DNA of 64,000 nucleotides from an uncultured Candidatus Saccharibacteria bacterium (GTDB lineage Bacteria; Patescibacteriota; Minisyncoccia; Phycocordibacterales; UBA9988): NCBI GenBank assembly GCA_964401135.1, contig CAYNXC010000002.1, positions 16,457 to 80,456 of the forward strand, read 5' to 3'. Shown piece by piece: positions 38,117 to 46,802 of this stretch (position 1 is its first letter; each line of letters starts with the position of its first letter). The notes under the pieces were generated by a model. It saw only the letters and a program-made list of their open reading frames with translations, ran no database searches and was not told where the DNA came from. The position numbers and the translations under genes were made by a program.

Positions 38117-39025
38117 ATGTCCCCACGAGAACGCAAATATCACGAGGGGTTAGGGGTAGACTTTAATCAAGCTCTTGTCTCTATTGCTGGTGAGAACCGA
38201 ACCGAGCGGAGTATCGCCGCCCGACCATTTCTAAAGTGGGTCGGTGGCAAGCGGTCAATCCTGCCAGAGCTTCTAAAGCGGTTGCCGACCAAGTATGACG
38301 CTTACCATGAGCTGTTTCTAGGCGGTGGTGCGTTGTACTTCGCCGTCCAGCCAGAGGAGGCTTATCTGTCTGATGTAAACTTCCACCTCATCCTTACTTT
38401 CAAGGCGGTGCGAGATGATCTGGACAGCTTAATCCGTCAGTTAAAAATCCACGAACGATTACACAACAAGGAATACTATCTCAAAGCTCGCCAGAAGCTC
38501 TTTAAGGAAAAGGACACCACCAAACTGGCGGCTCTCTTTATCTACCTCAATAAAACTTGCTTCAATGGTCTTTACCGAGTAAACAAGGGGGGTGGCTTCA
38601 ATGTCCCGATGGGCGACTACAAAGACCCAAACATTTTAGACGAGGAAAATCTGCGTAATGCTTCAAAGGTTTTAGCGACCGCCGAGATTAAACAGCACGG
38701 CTTTGAGCATACCAAAATCTACAAAGGCGACTTCTACTATCTTGACCCGCCCTATCACGAAACCTATAGCGGTTATGATGGCTCTGGCTTTGGCGATGAA
38801 CACCACCGCAAGCTCGCCGAGTTCTGCAAACAGATAGACCAAAAGGGCAGTTACTTTATGCTCTCCAACAGCGACACGCCATTTGTCAGAGAGTTATATA
38901 AGGGCTATACTATTGAGCAAGTAGAGGCTTCACGAAATGTCTCTTGCAAAGCCCACCAGCGAGGCAAAGAAAATGAGCTTATCATCCGAAACTACACCAA
39001 TAACGGGGGGCGGACAAGCCAATAA
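38117..39025 (+). CDS. DNA adenine methyltransferase, D12 class (Dam-like)
   Basis: FLKWVGGKRSILPELL, AdoMet motif ELFLGGGALYF, catalytic DPPY (YYLDPPYHETYSGY). Starts 1 nt after the transposase stop. Confidence 0.9.
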   Translation: MSPRERKYHEGLGVDFNQALVSIAGENRTERSIAARPFLKWVGGKRSILPELLKRLPTKYDAYHELFLGGGALYFAVQPEEAYLSDVNFHLILTFKAVRDDLDSLIRQLKIHERLHNKEYYLKARQKLFKEKDTTKLAALFIYLNKTCFNGLYRVNKGGGFNVPMGDYKDPNILDEENLRNASKVLATAEIKQHGFEHTKIYKGDFYYLDPPYHETYSGYDGSGFGDEHHRKLAEFCKQIDQKGSYFMLSNSDTPFVRELYKGYTIEQVEASRNVSCKAHQRGKENELIIRNYTNNGGRTSQ

Positions 39026-39473
39026 AACGGGCAGTGTTTTAGAGCTATTTATCAAGCGACTTTTAGAGGACAACGGCTACACCGCCTTTCCTAACCACAA
39101 AGCCCAGCTATTCGCCAATCGTAAAACTGTCGGTGGTAAGCAATACTCTACCCAAGTTCCTTGTGGTACGAGTATCTACGAAACCCAGCGTAAATGCGAC
39201 TTCTTGATCATGAACCAAGACAAGTTCCCCGATGGACTGGTGATTGAGTGCAAGTGGCAACAGTCTACTGGCTCGGTAGACGAGAAGTACCCTTTTACCT
39301 TGTTTAACATCATCAAGATCGGCGTGCCAACCATCATTCTGCTGGACGGCAACGGCTACAAAAAGGCGGCGATGAAGTGGTTAAAAGACCAAGTGAACCC
39401 ACAGAGAGCCTTAATCGGCGTTTACAATATGGCCGAGTTTCAAGCTATGGTAAATAAGGGGTTTTTAGGTTAG
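38973..39473 (+). CDS. Small PD-(D/E)XK-type nuclease candidate (putative cognate restriction endonuclease)
   Basis: KCDFLI...DGLVIECKWQ matches D...(D/E)xK. It overlaps the methyltransferase 3' end, and its stop codon lies at the inner edge of IRR. The start (38973 or 38937) is uncertain. Confidence 0.55.
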   Translation: MSLSSETTPITGGGQANKTGSVLELFIKRLLEDNGYTAFPNHKAQLFANRKTVGGKQYSTQVPCGTSIYETQRKCDFLIMNQDKFPDGLVIECKWQQSTGSVDEKYPFTLFNIIKIGVPTIILLDGNGYKKAAMKWLKDQVNPQRALIGVYNMAEFQAMVNKGFLG

Positions 39474-39495
39474 GGTAACTTTGTATATAATTCCC
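39473..39495. repeat. Right terminal inverted repeat GGGTAACTTTGTATATAATTCCC
   Basis: Reverse complement of IRL with 2 mismatches. Confidence 0.88.
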
Positions 39496-39503
39496 TTATT
39501 TAA
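39496..39503. repeat. Target-site duplication TTATTTAA (right copy)
   Basis: Identical to 36515-36522. Confidence 0.85.
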
Positions 39504-42190
39504 ATCGTGCAGATTCAAGTGTTGTAAATTTTCTATCAAGTTCAACAACTGTACCGACAAATTCATGGACAAAAATTGAAGTAATTGATGACACTGTCGT
39601 TAAAAGTGCTTTCAACAGCGTCTCAAAATTAGTCACCCTAGCGACATCTACAAGAGCGTGGCAGGGGGTAGCAAGTGATGGGACTTATATCTATGCAATT
39701 GGACAAAATGCTATTTCGCAGTTTGATATGCAAGGTAATTTTATAAAAGAAAAGAATAATGTATACAGTGGTTTTACTGGTGGCAACATCCTAGGTAATG
39801 GAACAGTAATTAATGGAAAGTTATATGTCGGGGCATATAATGCGAATACTTTAGGAGCGTCAACAAATCCTAATTACACTCCGTTATCAGATCTTCAATC
39901 AAAAATTGCTGTCTTTAGCCTATCTGATTTTTCATTAATTGAAGATTTTAACCTTGGTACTCAAGTAAAAATTGCTGAGGGTGTTGATTATCACAATGGT
40001 TACTTTTGGGTAGTTGATGGATGGTTTGATACTTTCGTCGTAAAAAAATACGATACTAGTTTTAATTTAGTCTCTACGTATAGCTTGCCTGTAGCAAATG
40101 CTTTCGCTGGAGAATTAACATACCAAAATATTAATTGGTATGGGAATGACATTTTTGTTAATTGGCATGGCTCAAATTCTTTTGGACAAACCTATGCTTA
40201 TGGGTTGGATCATTATTCTTTTGACGGAACAAATTTTAATTTTGTAGAACGATTAAGACCAGTAACATATGGTGCAGGTCAAGGTATTGCAATTGTCGGA
40301 AATACGTTTTATTGGGCAGATAGACCTGGAAATGCGATCTACAAATCAACATATGTTGGAGCTGGAAATGGTGATGATGGTATTGATCCATCACATACAA
40401 AATTTTTCATAAATGGAGTTGGTGAGCTTGCTCATGTAAGTACTGGCTCTCTCACTGTGCTTTCACCTACAAGTAATACCAGTCCAACGGTTATTGGAAC
40501 TAGGGGCGATTCAAGTAGTTTTTATAAAGGTGTCATAGATGAAGTTCGAATTTCAAATGCGGCAAGATCAGATGCATGGGTCTCGGCAAGTTACGCCAAT
40601 GAAAACTCACCAAGTACATTCTATTCGATGGGTTCGGAACAAAAAAATTATGCAGCTACTAACCCGACTGTTAATCCCACATCATTAAATGCGCAAGCCT
40701 TCTCATCCCTGTCAGGCTTTTCAGCAGTTGAAGTAAGTAATGGAGGAAATATAAAGTATCAAGTTTCAAATGATGGAGGAACCACATGGTATTGGTACAA
40801 CTCTGGCTGGAATACAACAACTTCAGGATACTCTGAGACAAATGCATCTTCAACTATAAATACAAATATCGCTTCTTTACCTGTAGGAAGTGGATCATAC
40901 TTATTTAAAGCATATTTAAATTCTGATGGAACGCAGCAACCTCAGATAGACAGTGTGGTGCTCACATACTCTGCGCCACTTGATATTACAGCTCCTATTA
41001 TATCTGCGATAGCGTCTTCTACATCCCAAACTTCAGCAACTATTACCTGGACGACCGATGAATCAGCCACATCAACGGTAAATTATGGTCTTAACACTTC
41101 ATACGGTACAGCGTCATCCTCATCATCTCTCGTTACCTCTCATTCGATATCCTTGTCAGGATTAACCGCATCAACCGCATACCATTTCCAAGTAGCATCA
41201 GCTGACGCTTCTGGAAACGTTGCAACTTCTTCAGACTATACATTCACCACAACAGCAGTGCCTGACACAACGCCTCCGGTCATTTCATCAATTTCTTCCG
41301 GTTCACTTTCAACTTCAGGAACAACTATAACTTGGACCACTGATGAAGCTGCGGATTCCCAAGTTAACTACGGCACAAGTGCCTCATATGGATCACAGAC
41401 GACCCTTGATTCAACACTAGTGACGAGTCACTCCATTGTAATTTCAGGTCTTTCTGCAGGAACGACGTATCACTACCAAGTAGTGTCAAAAGATGCTTCT
41501 GGAAACACAGCTACATCTTCTGACCAAACCTTTACCACTTCAGCACAGCCTTCGAGCGGGGGTTCATCAAGCGGATCATATTCCGGAGGAGGCTCAATCC
41601 TTATCCAACCTTCTGTGCCGGGCTGTCCTACAGGATTCAATTGTGTAGTAAATCCAACCCCTACCATTTTACCAAATACTTTTACTCGTGATCTCACCAT
41701 AAAAAGTACTGGTAGTGATGTGAAGGTATTGCAGCAGTTCCTGATCGCTAAAGGCTTTCTTGCGAGCGGCAATGACACGGGATACTTTGGTCCTCTGACG
41801 CAAGCTGCTCTCGCGCAATACCAGCTTTCGATGGGTATTAAACCATCGGTTGGATATTTCGGCTCACTTACTCGTGCAGTCATTGCTGTCTCGCAGAACA
41901 TATCACCTACTACTCCATCAATATCAACAAATCCGACGGTACTTCCAAGCACGTTTACTCGAGATCTGTATTTCGGCATGAGTGGAGACGATGTAAAACT
42001 CTTGCAAAAGTTCCTTAATGACCATCAATTTATAGTCAGCCAAACTGGCGCAGGATCTCCAGGACTTGAATCAAATTATTTCGGCCCAGCCACCCGAGAC
42101 GCCCTTATTCGTTTTCAGACTTACAATCACATAGTCCCTGCAGTAGGGTATTTTGGTTCGCTTACACGCCAATTCGTAAATGGTCAGTAG
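39504..42190 (+). pseudogene. 3' fragment of the interrupted surface-protein gene (LamG remainder, beta-propeller-like region, second LamG end, 2 FN3-like repeats, 2 peptidoglycan-binding domains)
   Basis: The frame is open from 39506 and in phase with the 5' fragment. It contains GVIDEVRISNAARSDAW (LamG C-terminus) and two copies of TITWTTDE..S.VNYG..SYG. It also has two PG_binding_1-like repeats (GYFG..T..A...Q). Confidence 0.8.
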
Positions 42191-42233
42191 GAGTGGATAA
42201 CCCGACTACACAAATCTAAAGAAGGAAGCTAAG

Positions 42234-42596
42234 TTACTTACGTTCGTCCTCAGGCCATGGCTTTGGGCCGAACATCTCGTCGATCTTCTTGATCTCGTCT
42301 TCTGTAAGTTCGCGCTTCGGAGGCCGTTCCGGTACTGGGTCTCCTTTGTACTTCGGCGGCTTTCCGTCCATATGCTCCCAGATGAGCTTGATCATCCGAT
42401 GATCGCCGTCCAGTGCCATCCTTATGATTTTCTCAACCAACGCATCTGCAATAGTCTTGTCTTTATCACTCACAATCCTTTTACTGAGTATCTCTTGGAA
42501 TTGGCTCGTTAGTGTTTTGCCCGGAGGCCTTCCGTTCAAGTTTCTTCTCGGGTCGAATCCGCTTTGGAATGGCTTGAGGTTATTGATGTTGCCCAT
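42234..42596 (-). CDS. DUF5681-like phage-type protein, paralog 1
   Basis: MGNINNLKPFQSGFDPRRNLNGRPPGK shows the GxxxxRNxxGRPxG motif. The internal ATG at 42596 is chosen because the upstream extension overlaps paralog 2. Confidence 0.55.
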   Translation of the reverse strand: MGNINNLKPFQSGFDPRRNLNGRPPGKTLTSQFQEILSKRIVSDKDKTIADALVEKIIRMALDGDHRMIKLIWEHMDGKPPKYKGDPVPERPPKRELTEDEIKKIDEMFGPKPWPEDERK

Positions 42597-42945
42597 GGTC
42601 GTTTCGTTTAAAATACTTCTCAAAATCCGCCTGTTCTTCGGGCGTGTACTCGACCTTTTCTTGCGGTACAAATGGGGTAGGTACCACAAACTCGTCAGGC
42701 ACCTTGCCGTCCACTTGGTCGATGACCATACTCATGGCTTTCAGGTTGCCCTTGGCCGCCTTCCACACAAGCTGCATTACGATAGCCTTATCCTTCCGTG
42801 CCATCTTGCCGTTGAAGTAGACTTTCTCCTTCAATATTTCCATAATCACGGTTCTCACATTCCGAGAACCCTTCGGTCTACCCTTGGTATTCCTTCTTGG
42901 ATCGTACCCTGATTGAAAGGGCTTCAATGTTTTTATATTTCCCAT
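42580..42945 (-). CDS. DUF5681-like phage-type protein, paralog 2
   Basis: MGNIKTLKPFQSGYDPRRNTKGRPKGS. Same architecture as paralog 1 and in tandem with it. The longer ORF-track start at 43098 is possible. Confidence 0.55.
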   Translation of the reverse strand: MGNIKTLKPFQSGYDPRRNTKGRPKGSRNVRTVIMEILKEKVYFNGKMARKDKAIVMQLVWKAAKGNLKAMSMVIDQVDGKVPDEFVVPTPFVPQEKVEYTPEEQADFEKYFKRNDHGQHQ

Positions 42946-43252
42946 ATCTGGTATTTTACCGGCTTTTTTGTTTGTAAAGGGGTGCATTACTTTCTCGCAG
43001 TTATTTTCACAGATAAAAGGGTGAAAAACGGCTTCTTTTAAGCCTTCGATTTTTCCCGTAATTTCACAGTATTTACGGGTATTTTGACCCCGACCCACAA
43101 ACCTCCTTCGGCTTCCCGAAAAAGTGCTAGAATACCCTTACGACACCTAATCATATGGGTACCGTACCCATAGCCCCCGCAAATTGAAACTTCCTGTTCC
43201 GAAAGCCGAATTGACCGTTGCATGAATAGTATTATCGTCCTAATATATATAC

Positions 43253-43651
43253 ATGAAAGGATACACAGCAAATATTGAGAAGGATACGGTAGCAAACAGT
43301 AGCTTCCGTAAGGTGCTCTATACGGGCAAGCACAGCCAGTTGGTACTGATGAGCATCCCGCCCAAGGGAGAGATTGGTCTGGAGACGCATACAGACAACG
43401 ACCAGTTTTTCCGTTTTGAGAAAGGGGTGGGGAAGTGCCTCATTGATGGTAACGAGTACGCGGTAGGGGACGGTGTCGCGGTGGTGGTCCCTGCAGGAGC
43501 AGAGCACAATGTTATTAACACATCAGAGATCGATGATCTCAAGCTTTACACTATTTACTCGCCATCACATCATAAGGACGGGATCATCCGTGCGACGCGA
43601 GAGGAGGCAGAGGCCAATGAGGCAGAGTTTGACGGCGTGACGAGTGAGTAG
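43253..43651 (+). CDS. Cupin domain protein
   Basis: 132 aa. GLETHTDNDQFFRFEKGVG...VVVPAGAEHNVINT is the two-motif cupin signature. Confidence 0.8.
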   Translation: MKGYTANIEKDTVANSSFRKVLYTGKHSQLVLMSIPPKGEIGLETHTDNDQFFRFEKGVGKCLIDGNEYAVGDGVAVVVPAGAEHNVINTSEIDDLKLYTIYSPSHHKDGIIRATREEAEANEAEFDGVTSE

Positions 43652-43656
43652 TAGAG

Positions 43657-43845
43657 TTGAGAGATATGAAGATAGATACAACAACCAAGTGGCTTATCGG
43701 AGCCTTTATCGTCGCTGTCATCCTCGCGTATGGATGCTATGCTAAACGGCCCCTCACGGAGCAAATAGGGGATCCTGACGGCTATATAGCCCCCTCTGGT
43801 TCCCCAACAACCACCGCTCCTACCACCACGCCACCAGCATTCTAA
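43657..43845 (+). CDS. Small membrane-anchored hypothetical protein
   Basis: 62 aa. One TM helix (WLIGAFIVAVILAYGCY) and a Pro/Thr-rich tail. Weak support. Confidence 0.3.
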   Translation: MRDMKIDTTTKWLIGAFIVAVILAYGCYAKRPLTEQIGDPDGYIAPSGSPTTTAPTTTPPAF

Positions 43846-43853
43846 GGGGAGTC

Positions 43854-44420
43854 TTACTCTTGCACTCGCTCTACATATTCACCCGTCTCTGTGTTGATAC
43901 GCAAAATATCACCCTCGTTTACAAAAAGTGGTGCATTAATTCCCGCTCCAGTCTCTAAGGTGACTAGTTTAGTCCCGCCCTGAGCCGTATTCCCTTTGAT
44001 CCCTGGAGGCGCTTCTTTGACTTTTAGTTCAACTTTTATGGGTAGTTTGACTCCGATATTCCGTTCTTGGAATGAGAGGAGCTCTACTAAGGAGTTGGGC
44101 TTCATGAACTTGCCTTGGACACCGATAAAGTCTTCAGAGAGTGAGAAGCGCTTGCTCGGATCATCTTTCTCACAGAACCAGTATTCTCCTCTATTGATAT
44201 AGATATACTTTACTTCACGAGATAGGATCTCTGCTTCCTCTGTCTTCTCACTTGCGTGGAAGGAATACTCCATCACTTTACCTGTCATCAAGTTTTTAAG
44301 TTTTGTGGCGTTGACCGGCTTGCGCATCTGCTTACGAAATACATGCGATGAAAGCACTTCGTACGGCTCCCCCTCCATCACCACATATTTTCTTGGCTTG
44401 ATTTCATTATAGTCCAACAT
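43854..44420 (-). CDS. efp: Elongation factor P with non-canonical beta3-beta4 loop
   Basis: Colinear with EF-P (GEPYEV..., LVELLSFQERNIG, KEAPPGIKGNTAQGGTK, TGEYVERV). The start is taken at the internal ATG (MLDYNEIKPRKYVV). Confidence 0.9.
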   Translation of the reverse strand: MLDYNEIKPRKYVVMEGEPYEVLSSHVFRKQMRKPVNATKLKNLMTGKVMEYSFHASEKTEEAEILSREVKYIYINRGEYWFCEKDDPSKRFSLSEDFIGVQGKFMKPNSLVELLSFQERNIGVKLPIKVELKVKEAPPGIKGNTAQGGTKLVTLETGAGINAPLFVNEGDILRINTETGEYVERVQE

Positions 44421-44507
44421 ACGAGAGCCACTGTACCCTAAGCGACCTTTGGGAGTCAAGGAGCGTTAGCGTATAATAAAGGTCGAATAGCTTTATCTCT
44501 ATACAAC

Positions 44508-45092
44508 ATGCGTATGCTCTCCGACGAAAAGTACCAAGCGCTTATGGCAGAACCGGATGAGGTGGTGCTTACCGCATCTCTCACCTCTCCGCGAGCATTT
44601 GAAATAATCGTCTCTCGCTACCAAGTGGCTTTTCGTCGGAAGGCACGGCGTATTCTTGGAGACCGGCCAGAAGTGGATGATGTTGTTGTAGATACCTTCG
44701 CAAAAATTTATTTTAGCGCACAGAGTTTCCATGCTACTTCGAGTAGCTCATTCCGCTCATGGGGCTATCGCATTCTTACCAACACCGTACTCTCATCGTA
44801 CCGCGCACTTAAACGGTCTGGGCGTCTCTCCGCACAGAGTGCTTTTGACGAGCGATGGTATGAAGAAGTCCCCGATCCTCGTGACGAGTATGCAGCTCAC
44901 GGCCTTACAGACTATGTAGCGTCAGTCTTGCGGCGCTTGCCGGGGCATTTCTCTCGGATTCTTTCTTATTATTTTATTGATGGTCGTCCCCAGCGTGAGA
45001 TCGCACGCATTGAGGGTATTTCCATCTCGGCGGTAAAGACGCGCCTCCTGCGTGCTCGGAGAGAGTTTCGTCGCGTTGCCGAGACTCTGTGA
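44508..45092 (+). CDS. ECF-type RNA polymerase sigma-70 family factor
   Basis: Region 2 (FEIIVSRYQVAFRRKARRILGD..VDDVVVDTF) and region 4 HTH (REIARIEGISISAVKTRLLRARREF). Confidence 0.85.
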   Translation: MRMLSDEKYQALMAEPDEVVLTASLTSPRAFEIIVSRYQVAFRRKARRILGDRPEVDDVVVDTFAKIYFSAQSFHATSSSSFRSWGYRILTNTVLSSYRALKRSGRLSAQSAFDERWYEEVPDPRDEYAAHGLTDYVASVLRRLPGHFSRILSYYFIDGRPQREIARIEGISISAVKTRLLRARREFRRVAETL

Positions 45093-45108
45093 TACAATTG
45101 TTATTAGT

Positions 45109-45453
45109 ATGACTACCGCAAATCCAATCATGTTGCGCACGATGCGTCGCGTCTACTTCTCGTGGATATGTCGCATCTTCACAAACCCTACCTTCGTTAA
45201 GCTAGGGCTCTTTCTCTATGCCTGCGGTCACCTCAGTCTCTATGTCTCGTACCGTTCAGTGCTCAATAATGTACCCAGCTTCTCCTTAGACAGAAGTGCC
45301 CCCTACCTGCGTGACGCTTTTCTCCATACAGAGATGTTTACGCAGACGCTCATCGCGCTTGCACTCATTGTCGGACCCTTTCTCGCTTATGACGCGGGTC
45401 GCAATCTTTCTCTCTATCTGCGCCGTCGTATGATCACAGGTTCTTTTCAGTAA
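45109..45453 (+). CDS. Small membrane protein downstream of the sigma factor (possible anti-sigma factor)
   Basis: Two or three TM helices. The assignment rests on position only. Confidence 0.35.
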   Translation: MTTANPIMLRTMRRVYFSWICRIFTNPTFVKLGLFLYACGHLSLYVSYRSVLNNVPSFSLDRSAPYLRDAFLHTEMFTQTLIALALIVGPFLAYDAGRNLSLYLRRRMITGSFQ

Positions 45454-46453
45454 AACTTGCTTTAATCTTCTTTACGAGCTCAGCTCGTACTTTTGGATTC
45501 TCTCTCAAAAAAGTGCGTGTTGCGTCGTAGCCCTTACCAAGTTTCGTATCTCCGGTAGAGTATGAGGCGCCACTTTTAGTGATGGCACCAATTTTTTCTG
45601 CAAGTGCAATGATCTCACCCTCCGGTGAAATCCCCTCGTTGTAGAGGATATCAAACTCTGCCTGTTTAAATGGCGCAGCGACCTTGTTCTTAACAACTTT
45701 GACACGGGTACGGTTGCCTACCACTTCTTCCCCTTTCTTAATCTGTGCGAGACGGCGCACATCTAAGCGCACTGACGAGTAAAACTTGAGCGCTTTTCCA
45801 CCCGGGGTCGTCTCTGGATTCCCAAACATAACCCCAATCTGCATTCGTATCTGGTTGATGAAGATAACCACCGTCTTAGAGCGTGCCACAATTGCTGTCA
45901 TCTTGCGGAGAGCCTGTGACATCAGCCTAGCTTGTTTGCCCACATGTTGGGCGCCGACATCACCTTCAATCTCATCTTTTGGGGTGAGTGCCGCCACTGA
46001 GTCTACGACTACCACATCGACAGAACCAGAGCGGATAAGCGTCTCTGCAATCTCGAGTGCCTGTTCCCCGTAATCGGGTTGTGAGATGAGGAGTTGGTCG
46101 GTCTTTACCCCAATCTTTCTCGCATAATCAGGATCCAAGGCGTGCTCCGCATCAATATAGGCACAGACGCCGCCTTTCTTCTGTGACTCCGCAACGATGT
46201 GGAGTGCGAGTGTAGTTTTCCCCGATGACTCGGGCCCAAAGATTTCAATGATGCGTCCGCGGGGCACTCCGCCAATCCCCAAAGCATCATCCAAAGATAG
46301 GGATCCGGTAGGGATGGCATCGATACCTACCTTAGGCCGCTCGCCCAGCATGAGGATGGCGCCGTCGCCATATTTACTCTGTATTGCTTTGATGGTGTTC
46401 TCTATCGTACCGACGCCTGATTTCTCTACCTTTTCTTTTTTGCTGAATGCCAT
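45434..46453 (-). CDS. recA: Recombinase RecA
   Basis: Walker [10 protein letters not shown], plus [14 protein letters not shown] and other RecA core motifs. 339 aa. Confidence 0.97.
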   Translation of the reverse strand: MAFSKKEKVEKSGVGTIENTIKAIQSKYGDGAILMLGERPKVGIDAIPTGSLSLDDALGIGGVPRGRIIEIFGPESSGKTTLALHIVAESQKKGGVCAYIDAEHALDPDYARKIGVKTDQLLISQPDYGEQALEIAETLIRSGSVDVVVVDSVAALTPKDEIEGDVGAQHVGKQARLMSQALRKMTAIVARSKTVVIFINQIRMQIGVMFGNPETTPGGKALKFYSSVRLDVRRLAQIKKGEEVVGNRTRVKVVKNKVAAPFKQAEFDILYNEGISPEGEIIALAEKIGAITKSGASYSTGDTKLGKGYDATRTFLRENPKVRAELVKKIKASFTEKNL

Positions 46454-46454
46454 A

Positions 46455-46802
46455 TTATTTCAGAATTACATGTAATATCTCTTTTGTCTCTCGATTAAAA
46501 CGGTCTTGAGCTACGACGGTAATCACATTATACCCCGGTAATAGCAAAAGTGAGTCACGAAAGAGACCTTGCTCATCAGTAAAAATTCTCCTACCGTTTA
46601 CGGTGAGACTGGCTATATTTTTCGCATATCCTCTGAGGATGACGACAGGTTTCTCTAAGGTCTCACCATCCGTGGGAGTGTCTACAGTGAGTACGGGTCC
46701 TGCAATAAATGCGGCACTCCGATTGACTGCATATCCAACAATAATGAGAGCTATGAGCGCCCCTAATCCCCACGAGAGCCAGAGTGAGCGGTTCTGTATC
46801 AT
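46455..46802 (-). CDS. Membrane-anchored hypothetical protein (Ig-like domain)
   Basis: 115 aa. N-terminal TM helix. Translationally coupled between ftsK and recA. Confidence 0.55.
   Translation of the reverse strand: MIQNRSLWLSWGLGALIALIIVGYAVNRSAAFIAGPVLTVDTPTDGETLEKPVVILRGYAKNIASLTVNGRRIFTDEQGLFRDSLLLLPGYNVITVVAQDRFNRETKEILHVILK

Larger units (their letters stand above)
36523..39495 (+). mobile_element. IS1595-family transposon (2,973 bp) carrying passenger genes (methyltransferase, nuclease candidate, unknown ORF)
   Basis: Terminal inverted repeats are 21/23 identical. It has an 8-bp TSD and an IS1595-type transposase inside. Removing it restores the host ORF. Confidence 0.88.
32589..43252. 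mobile_element. Putative integrated accessory island adjacent to tRNA-Ser (boundaries approximate)
   Basis: It contains a large serine recombinase, an XRE regulator, DUF4238, an IS-disrupted surface-protein gene and phage-like DUF5681 paralogs. It is visibly AT-richer than the flanking housekeeping genes. Confidence 0.5.

Noticed and set aside
43100-43252. Expected direct repeat of the tRNA-Ser 3' end at the far side of the island (tyrosine-integrase style attR).
   Set aside because: I found no copy of TTCGAATCCCTCCCTCTCC or a substantial part of it. The island encodes a serine recombinase, which does not need such a repeat. The boundaries therefore remain approximate.
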